Below are positions 43,176-53,210 of a DNA stretch of 64,000 bases, one piece after another. The stretch's first letter is position 1, and the number at the start of each line of letters is the position of its first letter. The notes beneath the pieces are model-generated. The model saw nothing but the letters and a program-made list of their open reading frames with translations. It was not told the origin of the DNA and ran no database searches. Location of the stretch: positions 96,001-160,000 of the forward strand of contig CAVPHD010000005.1 of assembly GCA_963704165.1 (NCBI GenBank), given 5' to 3'. The stretch comes from an uncultured delta proteobacterium. Lineage in GTDB: Bacteria; Myxococcota_A; UBA9160; SZUA-336. A program made the position numbers and the translations under genes.

Positions 43176-44113
43176 AGCGTCGCGGCGGGGCTCTTCAGCT
43201 GCTGAAACCCCGGGCGCTTCGGCCGGGCGATGCGATCGGTGTCTGCGCACCCTCCGGGCCGGTGAATCCCGAGGTCCTCGACGCGTGCCTGGCCTGGCTC
43301 GCCGCGCAGGGGCATCCGCTCGTGCTCGGGAAGCATCTGCGCGCGCGCGCCGGACATCTCGCGGGGAGCGACGCGGAGCGATTGGAGGACTTGCTGGTGC
43401 TCGTCCGGGATCCGCGCGTCGCCGTGATCCTGTGCGCGCGCGGCGGCTACGGCGTAGGGCGCATCCTGCGCGGCATCCCGGCCGCGGAGCTCCGCGCGTC
43501 CAGAAAACTCGTGGTTGGCTACAGCGACGCGACGCTCCTGCTGTCGTTCCTTCACACGTGCGCCGGGCTCACCTCGTTGCACGGCCCCATGCTCGAGCGC
43601 GAGGACGTCACGGCCGAGGCGCGCGCTCGCCAGCTCGCGCTGATGCGTGGCGAGCCCGCGGGCCTGGCAGCGCTCTTCGGCCGTGCGGTGCGTGCGGGCG
43701 TCGTCGAGGCCCCGCTCGTCGGCGGAAACCTGAAACTGCTGCAGGCGAGCATCGGCACGGAGTGGCAGGTGGATCTGCGCGGCGCCGTCGTCTTCCTCGA
43801 GGAGGTTTCCGAGGCGCCGTACGCGCTCGACCGCGCCCTCGTGCACCTGCGCGACGCGGGCGTGCTCGAGGGGGTGCGCGGTGTCGCGCTCGGTCAGCTC
43901 GTGCGTTGCGAGTCGGAGCGTTACCCTGGCTCGTCGGCGGGCGAGACCGTGCGTGAGATCCTGTCGGACTGCATCGACGGCCCCATCGTCGAGGATCTTC
44001 CATTCGGTCACGTCGCGGACAACCACGCGCTCGGTGTGGGTGTTCGATGTCGCCTGGATGGTGCGCGAGGCGAGCTCAGGCTCCTCGAACCCGTGGTGGA
44101 GGTCGATTCGTGA
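43172..44113 (+). CDS. ldcA: LD-carboxypeptidase (peptidase S66)
   Basis: KPRALRPGDAIGVCAPSG, ARGGYG, GYSD nucleophile, GGNL, FLEEV, PFGH; the conserved N-terminus lies upstream of the first canonical start (43262), so CTG 43172 is proposed. Confidence 0.9.
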   Translation: MKRRGGALQLLKPRALRPGDAIGVCAPSGPVNPEVLDACLAWLAAQGHPLVLGKHLRARAGHLAGSDAERLEDLLVLVRDPRVAVILCARGGYGVGRILRGIPAAELRASRKLVVGYSDATLLLSFLHTCAGLTSLHGPMLEREDVTAEARARQLALMRGEPAGLAALFGRAVRAGVVEAPLVGGNLKLLQASIGTEWQVDLRGAVVFLEEVSEAPYALDRALVHLRDAGVLEGVRGVALGQLVRCESERYPGSSAGETVREILSDCIDGPIVEDLPFGHVADNHALGVGVRCRLDGARGELRLLEPVVEVDS

Positions 44114-45244
44114 AGCTCGCCGAGGTCAAGCGGCGGCTCGGCAAGGTCGAGCGTGCGATCGAGAAGGCGATCGAGGCCGGTGAACTGCCGGGTGCGGTCG
44201 TGATGGCGCAGATGGGTGAGGAACTCGCCTTCACGCACTTCGCGGGTGCCGCGACGCTCGCCCCCGAACGCATCGAAGTTCGCGAGAACACGATCTACGA
44301 CCTGGCCTCGCTCACCAAGGTCATGGCCACGACGGCCGCGCTGATGCTGCTCGTCGCCGAGCGCCGCGTGGATCTCGATTCGCCCGTCGCGAGCTACCTG
44401 CCGTCGTTCGCGGAACGAGGCAAGGAGAAGATCACCGTACGGCATCTGCTCACGCACAGCTCGGGTCTGCGGCCCTGGCGCGCGTATCACGCGGATCTCG
44501 CCGAGCGCGACCGCCGGCGCGGCGAGCACGTCGTGGGAACACGGGACGGCAAGGCGCGAGATCACGAACCGCGTCGTTGCGCAGCTCGCCGGTTCACGAG
44601 CCGGGCGAGGCGTCGGTCTACGGCGATCTCGACTTCATCGTGCTCGGCGCGCTCGTCGAGTCGCTCGCGGGCGAGGATCTCGACGTCTTCTGCGAGCGCC
44701 GGATCTACCAACCGCTGGGACTGGTCGACACGCGCTTCAACCGGCTGCCCTACGGCGGCGAGCGCGCGCGCTACGCCGCCACCGAGCAGTGTAGCTTGTC
44801 GCGAACGCGTGCTCTGGGGCGAGGTCCACGATCCCAACGCCTGGGCGATGGGCGGGGTGGCGGGCCATGCGGGTCTCTTCGGGACCGCTGCGCGACGTGA
44901 TGCGATTCGGCCAGGAGATGCTCGCGGCCGATCGCGGCGAGAGCGCGATCTTCCCGGCCGAAGTCGCGCGCGAGTTCTTCCGTCGTCAGGAGATCGCACC
45001 GGGAAGCGACTGGGCGCTGGGCTGGGATACGCCGACGCGCGGACAATCGACGTCCGGCGAGCACTTCTCGAAGCGCTCGATCGGGCACACCGGATTCACC
45101 GGCACGAGCCTGTGGATCGACCTCGAGCGCGGCATGGTGATCGTGCTCTTGTCGAATCGAATCCACCTCGTCGCGAAGCGCAGCCGATTCGAGCTTCGCC
45201 CGCAGGTCCACGACCTGATCTGGGAGGCGTTCCTTGCGGCTTGA
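44110..45244 (+). CDS. Beta-lactamase-family serine hydrolase (AmiE-like), split by at least 3 frameshifts
   Basis: YDLASLTK (SxxK), LLTHSSG, YGDLDF, GEVHDPNAWAMGGVAGHAGLF, GHTGFTGT spread over three frames between 44550 and 44890. Confidence 0.85.
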
Positions 45245-46666
45245 GGTCCCACCGATCGAGAGCATCCGGCACGTGCATCTGGTGGCGATCTGCGGCACGG
45301 CGATGGGTTCGCTCGCCGCGATGCTGGTCGATCGCGGGTTTCGTGTGACCGGTAGCGACAGCGACGCGTATCCGCCGATGAGCGATCAGCTTCGCGCGGC
45401 CGGGATCGAGGTGCAGAAGGGCTTCGCCCCCGAGCACGTCCTGTCGGACCGTCCCGATCTGGTCGTGATCGGCAACGCCGTCCGTCGCGAGAACCCCGAG
45501 GCGCGCGCGGCCATCGACGGCGGCATCCCGTACGTGTCGTTCTGCGACGCGATCCACCACTTCTTCCTGCGCGGGAAGCACAGCGTGGTGATCACCGGCA
45601 CGCACGGCAAGACCACGACGACGAGCATCGTCGCGTGGATGCTGACGCACGCGGGACGCGATCCTTCGGCGCTGATCGGGGGCGTGTTCGCGAACTTCGC
45701 GGGCAGCTTCCGGCTCGGCGAGGGGCCGGAGTTCGTGATCGAGGGCGACGAGTACGACACCGCGTTCTTCGACAAGACGCCGAAGTTCCTCCACTACGAC
45801 GCGCGCACGCTGCTCGTGACGTCGGTCGAGTTCGACCACGCCGACATCTACGGATCGCTCGATCAGATCCAGGACGCGTTCCGCACGCTCGTCGCGCAAA
45901 TTCCCGACGGACGGCGTGATCATCGCGGCGAGCGACGCCGATTCGGTGCGAGAGGTCCTCGTCGGAGCGAAGGCCAGAGTCGAGGGCTACGGCTTCCGCG
46001 ATGGTGCGGTCTGGCGCGTCTCCGACGTCGCATTCGATCCCGAAGGCACGCAGTTCACCGTCTGGCGCCGCGACGAGCGCGTCGCCCGCGTGCGCATGCC
46101 GATGCACGGCCGACACAACGTCGAGAACGTGCTCGGTGCGATCGCGGTGTGCGCGAGCCTCGGCGTGGCACCCGAAGCCGCTTCGCGCGGCGATGGCCGA
46201 GTTTCGCGGCGTGAAGCGGCGGCAGGAGCTGCGCGGCGAGGCCGGAGGCATGGCGGTGATCGACGACTTCGCCCACCACCCGACGGCGGTACGCGAGACG
46301 GTCGCGGCGATCCGCTCACGCTATCCCGATCGCAAGCTCTGGGCGATCTTCGAGCCGCGCACCAACACGAGCCGCAGGCGATTCTTCGAGAACGACTTCG
46401 CCGACGCGCTCGCGGCCGCGGACGAGGTGATTCTCGCGGGCGTGTTCCGCTCGGACGCGTTGGCCGAGGACGAGCGAATGCGCCCCGAGAAGGTGATCGA
46501 ACGCATTCGCGAGGCGGGGAAGAAGGCGAGCTACCTGGCCGAGGTGGATGAAATCATCGAGCACCTCGTCCGCAACAAGACGGGTCGTGACGTCGCGCTC
46601 GTCATGTCGAACGGCGGCTTCGGCGGAATCTGGGATCGGCTGCTCGCGCGCCTGAAGCAGGCCTAG
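45234..46666 (+). CDS. mpl: Murein peptide ligase Mpl (two frameshifts near 45900 and 46180)
   Basis: ICGTAMGSLA, YPPMS, GTHGKTTT, EGDEYDTAFFDK, EFDHADIY, DDFAHHPTA, EPRTNT, MSNGGFGG. Confidence 0.9.
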
Positions 46667-46673
46667 ATCGCGG

Positions 46674-47105
46674 CTACTCGGCGACCGTGTCGCCCGAACC
46701 TCCGAAGTCCTTCGGGAAGTCCCGGAACTTCGGCAAGCCGTCGCGGACCGCGAGCACCTTCTCGCCGTAGTGCACGTGAAGCGTCGGCTTGAACGTGAAT
46801 CCGGCGATCGTGCCGGCCGGGACGTCCACCAGCCCGATCGCGGGATGCCCGACCAGAACCGGACTCCCACAGGTCTTGCAGAACTGACGGTGGCTGGCCT
46901 CGGTGCGCTTGATCAGACCCAGATTCCCCGCTCCCTTGACCACGCGGACGTTTCCCGCTGGCCAGAGACTGGCCGCGTGGATCGGGGCGCCGAGCCAGCT
47001 GCGGCAGGAGTCGCAGTGGCAGAACGCCTGGACGTTCGGCTCGCCGTCGAGCTCGAGCTCCACCGCGCCGCAGAAGCAGACGCTCTTGTGTCGAATCGGG
47101 GCCAT
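46674..47105 (-). CDS. GFA/CENP-V family protein
   Basis: CxCG, CHCDSCR, FCKTCGS zinc motifs. Confidence 0.9.
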   Translation of the reverse strand: MAPIRHKSVCFCGAVELELDGEPNVQAFCHCDSCRSWLGAPIHAASLWPAGNVRVVKGAGNLGLIKRTEASHRQFCKTCGSPVLVGHPAIGLVDVPAGTIAGFTFKPTLHVHYGEKVLAVRDGLPKFRDFPKDFGGSGDTVAE

Positions 47106-47208
47106 CGGACATCTCCACTTCGAATTCAGGTCGAGACAGGCTACACCCGCCAATCCCGGCCTGCTCGGCTATCCTTCGCGCCCCTACATCGGGAGAGACG
47201 ACGCAGCC

Positions 47209-47766
47209 ATGCAAGCCAACGAGCTCCGACGCGGGATGAACGTCATGATCGACGGTCGCCCGTTCCGTGTTCTCGAATCCGAGATCCGCTCGCCCGGAAA
47301 GGGCCGCGCGTTCATCCAGGTGAAGCTGCGAAGCATCCTCGACGGCACGCAGCGAGAGATCAAGTTCTCGACCGCGGATCAGGTCGAGGAAGCCGCGATC
47401 GAGTCACGCGAGATGGACTACCTGTATTCCGATTCCGACGGCGCGAACTTCATGGACACCGAGAGCTACGAGCAGACGAGCTTGTCGGACGAGGTTCTCG
47501 GCGAGGCGAAGCCCTGGCTCGCGGAAGGCATGAAGTGCTGGGTCGAGACCCTCGACGGGAACCCGATCGGGATCACGCTTCCGAAATCGATCGAGGTCAC
47601 GGTGCGCGAGGCCGAGGCGACACTGAAGGGCCAGACCGCGGCGAAGTCCAGCAAGCCGGCGGTTCTCGAGAACGGTGTCGCGATCCAGGTGCCGTCGTTC
47701 ATCGAGTCCGGTCAGCGCATTCGCGTCGACCCGAGCGAGAAGCGCTATCTCGAGCGCGTGAAGTAG
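47209..47766 (+). CDS. efp: Elongation factor P
   Basis: PGKG loop, YLYSD, FMDTESYEQ, KPAVLENG, VPSFI, YLER. Confidence 0.96.
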   Translation: MQANELRRGMNVMIDGRPFRVLESEIRSPGKGRAFIQVKLRSILDGTQREIKFSTADQVEEAAIESREMDYLYSDSDGANFMDTESYEQTSLSDEVLGEAKPWLAEGMKCWVETLDGNPIGITLPKSIEVTVREAEATLKGQTAAKSSKPAVLENGVAIQVPSFIESGQRIRVDPSEKRYLERVK

Positions 47767-48539
47767 CCCAGGCCGAGGATCCGTGCGCCGCCGCCGAGCG
47801 GCATCGCGTTCGCGATGGCACTCGCGACGAAATCCTTCGCACCGCGAACGGCATCGAGAAGCGCCTCGCCGCGCGCGAGCCGCGCCGCGATCGCGGCGGA
47901 GAGCGCGCATCCCGTGCCGTGCACGGGAGCCCCGCCGACGCGCTCGCCGTGAAGCCACGTGACGCCTTCGGGTGTCGCGAGCAGGTCGTCGGCGGGGCCG
48001 TCGGCGTGACCTGCCTTCACGAGCACGGCGTGCGCACCCGCTTCGAGCAGCACCTGTGCCGCCCGAAGGGGATCGCTCTCGCCGGTGAGCGCCTCCGCTT
48101 CGGGCAGGTTCGGGGTCACGAGTGCCGCGCCGGCGACGATGCGCTCGACCAGGCTTCGCCATGCCCGGCGTTCGAGGAGAAACGAGCCGTCACTCGCGCG
48201 CAGAATCGGGTCGACGACACGGGGGATGTCGGCGTAGCGGTCGAGAGTGTTCGCGACGGACAAGAGCACGTCGTCCGAGGCGAGCATTCCGAGCTTGATC
48301 GCCTGGGGGCGGATGTCCGAGAGAAGCATTGCGAGCTGCTCGCCCACGATGTTCGGGAAGACCGGGAGCGTCCGGTGCACGCCCTTCGTCGTCTGCACGG
48401 TGAGCGCGGTCGGCACCGCCATCCCGTGCACGTCGTGGCGCGCGAACACCTGCAGATCCATCTGCAACCCGGCGCCACCGGTCGGATCGGAACCGGCGAT
48501 CGAGAGCGCGATCGCAGGCGCGGCTCGCGTCGTCACCAT
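47745..48539 (-). CDS. thiD: Hydroxymethylpyrimidine/phosphomethylpyrimidine kinase
   Basis: SIAGSDPTGGAG, TALTVQ, IKLGML, VTPNLPEA, HGTGCALS; 3' end overlaps efp by 22 nt. Confidence 0.94.
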   Translation of the reverse strand: MVTTRAAPAIALSIAGSDPTGGAGLQMDLQVFARHDVHGMAVPTALTVQTTKGVHRTLPVFPNIVGEQLAMLLSDIRPQAIKLGMLASDDVLLSVANTLDRYADIPRVVDPILRASDGSFLLERRAWRSLVERIVAGAALVTPNLPEAEALTGESDPLRAAQVLLEAGAHAVLVKAGHADGPADDLLATPEGVTWLHGERVGGAPVHGTGCALSAAIAARLARGEALLDAVRGAKDFVASAIANAMPLGGGARILGLGYFTRSR

Positions 48540-49702
48540 CTCCGCGCACCGATGGGAACGACCGGGATCTGCGGGGACGACGAGAGCTCGAAGGAGTCGA
48601 TCGGGGCACCCGAGAGGTCGTAGGCGTTCCAGACCAGCCGACCGGGCGAGACATCGAGGATCGCGAAGTGGTGCACGGGCTCGGCGACCGTGATGAAGGG
48701 CCAGCCCGGCGGGATCAATACGGTGTCGAGCGCACCACCCGCGCCACCCACGACCGTGTAGGTGATCCCGTTCTGCACGCCGCGTTGGTAGCAGTGCGCG
48801 TGACCGCTGATCACCAGGTCCACCCCGTACTGCTCGAGAATCGGAACCCAGACGTCCCGGACGTGCGGCTCCCCGTTCCAGCCGGGCTGATCCCAGAGAT
48901 TCGTGTAGGGTGGGTTGTGAAGCACGGCGACGCGGAACTCGGCGTTCTGTGAAGCCGGCGACGCGAGCTCGGCGCGCAGGTAGTCGTCCTGAGCCGGCGC
49001 GACGATGTTCGCGAACAGAAAGACGAATCGCACGCGTCCGATCGTCTCTGCGTACCAGAGCCCGTTCTCGGGAAGCCAGTGGTAGGCGAGGGCGGGAGGT
49101 GAGCTGCCGTCGTGGTTTCCGCGCGCGAGGAGAACCGGTGTGCGCTGGCCCAGATTCTGTGCCGCCGCGAACGGATCGAAGTACTGCGTCTGCCACTCCG
49201 AGAGCACCGCCGCGTTCTGCACCGTGTCGCCGGCGTGTCCGATCACGTCGGGCGCGAAGGGCACGATTCGCTCGAGCACCGACAGGAAACTCGTCCCCGC
49301 GGAATTCTGATTGTCGGAGATCCAAGCCATGCGGAAGCTCGAGTCCGCGAGCGGCGCGGTGCGCACCGGGTAGGTTCCGCTCGTCGTCGGCCCGCTGCGC
49401 ACGCGATAGACGTACGGTGTTCCCGGCGCGAGTCCCGTCGCGATCGCGCGATGCACGAATCGATCCGCCGCAAGGACGATCGTCTCATGCGCGAACACCG
49501 AGTTCTCGGCCGGGCTCGAGATCCCGAAGTCGAGCGCGTTCACCGTCCCGCCGGGATTCGCGTCGGTCTCCCACTGCACGCGAAGCTCGTTCGTTCGAAA
49601 GCTCTGCGGCACCGGCAGCTTGCGGAGAGCCTGAGCGGCGGCCGGCAACGCCGGCAGCAGCGCGAGAACGACCCCCAAGAGCCCTCGGGCGAGGCGATGC
49701 AC
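48533..49702 (-). CDS. Exported metallophosphoesterase (purple acid phosphatase-like)
   Basis: Signal peptide, FN3-like GLAPGTPYVYRV, then SDNQ, AGD, GNHD, HNP and SGHAH motifs. Confidence 0.88.
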   Translation of the reverse strand: MHRLARGLLGVVLALLPALPAAAQALRKLPVPQSFRTNELRVQWETDANPGGTVNALDFGISSPAENSVFAHETIVLAADRFVHRAIATGLAPGTPYVYRVRSGPTTSGTYPVRTAPLADSSFRMAWISDNQNSAGTSFLSVLERIVPFAPDVIGHAGDTVQNAAVLSEWQTQYFDPFAAAQNLGQRTPVLLARGNHDGSSPPALAYHWLPENGLWYAETIGRVRFVFLFANIVAPAQDDYLRAELASPASQNAEFRVAVLHNPPYTNLWDQPGWNGEPHVRDVWVPILEQYGVDLVISGHAHCYQRGVQNGITYTVVGGAGGALDTVLIPPGWPFITVAEPVHHFAILDVSPGRLVWNAYDLSGAPIDSFELSSSPQIPVVPIGARRW

Positions 49703-49711
49703 GCCTCTATG

Positions 49712-50044
49712 CTACGCGCTCTTCCCCGGCGGAGGGGCCATCAGGGTCAGCACTACCGCACGTTCGTTCGAATCGTTCAGCAAGCCGTGCACCTCGCCCG
49801 ATGGCGCGATCGCCGCCTCGCCCGCCGCGAGTGTCTTCTCCTCGTGGCCGACGCGCACGCGGACCCGGCCGTGCGTCACCAGATAGACCTTGTCGCAACC
49901 GTCGTGCGCGTGCGGGGTCTGCGACTGGCCGGGCTCCAGACAGTACAGGTCGAGGAAGAACCGCTCCGACGCGAAGAGTCCGACCTTCTGGAGCTTCGCG
50001 GTCGAGAACGACCAGGCCGACTCGCTCCAGCGCGCGACCTTCAT
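49712..50044 (-). CDS. Cupin domain protein
   Basis: LEPGQSQTPHAH, GEVHGLLN; TGATG overlap with the mrp stop. Confidence 0.85.
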   Translation of the reverse strand: MKVARWSESAWSFSTAKLQKVGLFASERFFLDLYCLEPGQSQTPHAHDGCDKVYLVTHGRVRVRVGHEEKTLAAGEAAIAPSGEVHGLLNDSNERAVVLTLMAPPPGKSA

Positions 50045-51141
50045 CAGGGCGTGTTGACCCACTCGAGGTTTCCGCCGAGCACGGGCGGCGCCTCGACGGC
50101 GAGCAGCGCCAGCTTGCGCGCCACCCGCCCGGCGATTTCCTGGAACTCGCGCGCGGCGGGGGAGTCGGGCGCGGAGGCGACGGTGGGTTTTCCCGCATCG
50201 CCAGCAGTGACCACGTCGGGCTGAAGCGGCAACCGGCCGATCACTTCGGTACCGAGCTCCTTCGCGGCGCGCTCGCCTCCGCCCTCACCGAAAAGTGTAT
50301 GTCGCTTCTCGCAGCCGTCGCAGACGAAGTAGCTCATGTTCTCGATGATCCCGAGCACCGGTACGTTCACGCGCCGGAACATCTGCAGGCCTTTGCGCGC
50401 GTCGATCAGCGACATCTCCTGCGGCGTCGTCACGATCACCGCTCCGGCCAGCGGCGCGGTCTGGCAGATCGTCAGCGCGGCGTCGCCGGTCCCCGGCGGC
50501 AGGTCGAGGATCAGGTAATCGAGCTCGCCCCACTTCACGTCGGCGAGGAACTGGCGGATCACGCCGTGAACCATCGGGCCGCGCCAGATCACCGGGGAGT
50601 CGTCGCCGGCGAGGAATCCGATCGACATCAGCCGCAGGCCGAGCTTCTGCAGCGGCACGATCTTCTTGTCGGGCGTCACCTGTGGGCGACCGCTGATGCC
50701 GAGCATGAGCGGAATCGAGGGGCCGTAGATGTCGCAGTCGAGCAGGCCGACCTTCGCGCCGGTCGTCGCGAGCGCGACGGCGAGATTGACGGCGACGGTC
50801 GATTTGCCGACGCCGCCCTTGCCGCTCGCGACCGCGATCACGTTCTTCACGGACTCGAGGCCCTCGGGTCGCGCGTGGTTCGTCGATCCGCGCGTCTGCG
50901 AGGTCATCGTCACCTCGACCTCGCGGACACCGGGAAGCCGAGCGACCGCCGCACGGGCGTCCGACTGGAACTTCTCCTTCACCGGGCACGCGGGCGTCGT
51001 CAACTCGATCGCGAACGAGACGCGCCCGCCCTCGACGCGGATGTTCTTGACGAAGCCCAGATCGACGATCGAGCGCTTGAAATCTGGATCCTGGATCGGG
51101 CGGAGGGCGTCGAGGATCTCGGACTCGGAGGGGTTGGCCAT
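50044..51141 (-). CDS. mrp: Mrp/ApbC/NBP35 Fe-S cluster carrier ATPase
   Basis: LTTPACP (DUF59-like), SGKGGVGKST, DIYGPS, WRGPM, DLPPGTGD, ENMS..CDGC. Confidence 0.95.
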   Translation of the reverse strand: MANPSESEILDALRPIQDPDFKRSIVDLGFVKNIRVEGGRVSFAIELTTPACPVKEKFQSDARAAVARLPGVREVEVTMTSQTRGSTNHARPEGLESVKNVIAVASGKGGVGKSTVAVNLAVALATTGAKVGLLDCDIYGPSIPLMLGISGRPQVTPDKKIVPLQKLGLRLMSIGFLAGDDSPVIWRGPMVHGVIRQFLADVKWGELDYLILDLPPGTGDAALTICQTAPLAGAVIVTTPQEMSLIDARKGLQMFRRVNVPVLGIIENMSYFVCDGCEKRHTLFGEGGGERAAKELGTEVIGRLPLQPDVVTAGDAGKPTVASAPDSPAAREFQEIAGRVARKLALLAVEAPPVLGGNLEWVNTP

Positions 51142-51242
51142 GTCGTACTCCCTGGCGGGCTGCACAGTTACCAAAGCGTACTTCTTCGTCAAGATTCCCG
51201 CCCGGGGCTCGATACGGCTAGAATCGCCCGCGGGGAGAGGAC

Positions 51243-51581
51243 GTGAGCAAGAGCGCGTACGAGCGCATATGGTCGGTGGTGCGCCGCATTCCCCGGGGCC
51301 GCGTGGCGACCTACGGTCAGGTCGCGCGCATGGCCGGTTTGGCGCGGCATGCGCGGATGGTCGGCTACGCGCTGCACGCGTTGGCCGACGAGACTTCGCG
51401 TTCCGTGCCCTGGCAGCGCGTGGTCAACGCGCAGGGCCGGATCTCCGCGAGATCGTTCGCGGGCAGCGAGATCGACCAGCGCCGACTGCTCGAGCGCGAG
51501 GGCGTGGATTTCGATCCGCGCGACCGCGTCGATCTCGCCCGTTTCGGCTGGCGCCGGACCGCTCCGCGCGGGCGGCGCTAG
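51243..51581 (+). CDS. Alkyltransferase-like (ATL/YbaZ, MGMT family) protein
   Basis: IPRGRVATYGQVA, ARMVG, PWQRVVN (Trp replaces the acceptor Cys). Confidence 0.9.
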   Translation: MSKSAYERIWSVVRRIPRGRVATYGQVARMAGLARHARMVGYALHALADETSRSVPWQRVVNAQGRISARSFAGSEIDQRRLLEREGVDFDPRDRVDLARFGWRRTAPRGRR

Positions 51582-51583
51582 CG

Positions 51584-52006
51584 TTGGCCGATCTCAAGGA
51601 GCGCGAGAAGGCGCTGCTCGGGCGGCTGTCGCGAAGTCAGAAGCCGATGGCGATCGCGGGAGTGGTCATCGCGCTCCTCGGTGCGGCGTACCTCGTCTGG
51701 GCCGTGACACGCTTCGATCCGTTCGTCGATCCGCGCGAGAACCCGGGCTTCGACTGGCCGGTCGCACGCCTCGCGTTCCTGTTCGAGCGCGGGCAGTTCA
51801 TCGTCGAGAACGCGGTGCCCGAGACGGCGGTCGAGGATCGGCTGCTCCGACGACTGGCGCGGAACATGACCTTCTCTTCCGGCGTCATGGTGCTCTTGCT
51901 GAGGATCGCCATCGGCATGCTCGCGGTGGTCATGGGCTTCGCGATGGTGACGGTCGTGGTCGAGCGTGCGCGCCTGCTCGCGATGATTCGCAGTCTCCGG
52001 GAGTGA
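51584..52006 (+). CDS. Hypothetical membrane protein
   Basis: Two hydrophobic helices; fills the gap between the ATL and LLM genes; TTG start assumed. Confidence 0.65.
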   Translation: MADLKEREKALLGRLSRSQKPMAIAGVVIALLGAAYLVWAVTRFDPFVDPRENPGFDWPVARLAFLFERGQFIVENAVPETAVEDRLLRRLARNMTFSSGVMVLLLRIAIGMLAVVMGFAMVTVVVERARLLAMIRSLRE

Positions 52007-52008
52007 AC

Positions 52009-53032
52009 ATGCCAAGGCGGCTTCGCTTCGGGCTCTGGTACGACTTCCGAAACCCGCCCCGCTGGCGCCAGGATCCATCCCGGCTCTACCGAGGAATCGT
52101 CGACCAGTGCGTGCGGGCCGAAGCACTCGGCTGGGACGACGTCTGGCTCAGCGAGCACCACTTCATCGACGACGGCTACACACCGTCGATGCTTCCGCTC
52201 GCCTGTGCAATCGCGGCGCGCACTCGCACGATCCAGATCGGCACGAGCGTACTCCTGCTCCCTCTTCACGATCCGCTGCGTGTCGCCGAGGATGCCGCCA
52301 CCGTCGACGTGATGAGCGGCGGGAGGTTTCAGCTCGGCGTCGCGGGTGGATATCGAAAGGGCGAGTTCACGGGGTTCGGAGTTCCGTCGAGCGAGCGCGC
52401 CGCGCGCATGAACGAAGCGCTGCCGATCCTGCGCCGGCTCCTCGCGGGCGAGCGCGTAACGACCGGGGATGCGCGCTTCTACCGCTACACCGACGTGGAT
52501 CTCCGCCCCCTGCCGATTCAGAAGCCGATGAAGCTCTGGGTCGGGGGTCTCGGAGCCCGCGGTGCGTCGCGCCGCGCGACTCGGAGACGCGTACATCTCG
52601 ACCGGTCCGATCGCGCAGCTCGCATCGATCTATCACGACGAGCTTCGTCGCCTCGGCCGGGACCCCGAAGAGCACGAAATTGCCTCGGGCCTGACGTGGT
52701 TGCTCGTCTCGCGCGATCCCGAGCGGCGATGGCGCGAGGCCGAGGAGCATTTCCTGTACCAGATCAATCTCTATGCGAAGTGGTTCGGTGAAGCAGGGAT
52801 GCAGATCGCCGCGGTCGCGAAGAGCCGGGCCGATCTCGCGAGCCGCGGCGCGATGATCGTTTCACCCGAGCAAGCCGTCGAGGCGATCCGACGCTACGCA
52901 GCCGAGCAGCCGATCACGCGCTTCTACGGCTGGACGCTGCCGCCGGGGCTCCCCCCCGAATGGGCGGATGAGCACCTCGAACTGTTCGCGCGCGAGGTGA
53001 TCCCGAACTGCCGGGAGGTCCAGCCGTTCTAA
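52009..53032 (+). CDS. LLM-class flavin-dependent oxidoreductase (frameshift near 52550)
   Basis: WLSEHHF, LPLHDPLRVAED, SGGRFQLGV, then RRAARLGD and LELFAREVIP in the next frame. Confidence 0.88.
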
Positions 53033-53210
53033 CAGCGGATCCGGGAAGTTGCCGGCGGCTGAACCCCGGCGAGCGGAATCTCGTCTGCGAAAGCCGATAC
53101 GGGATCCGAGTGGGAGTTCCCGGGAGTTCGTTCCCTGCGGGTGGCACACGGCTGATAGGATGGGGCTCCACCCCCGTCGGCGCCGATTCCCCGGATCGAT
53201 CCACCTTCCG

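Noticed and set aside
47745..47766. Convergent 22-nt overlap of efp and thiD 3' ends
   Set aside because: Short tail-to-tail overlaps are common in GC-rich genomes; no sign of function
48533..48575. Phosphoesterase tail PQIPVVPIGARRW as a truncated sorting signal
   Set aside because: Similarity is short, no TM helix follows, and the stop abuts the thiD start normally
53142..53156. TGGCAC..CTGA as a sigma-54 promoter for the repeat protein
   Set aside because: The -12 element is one base too close and reads GA instead of GC
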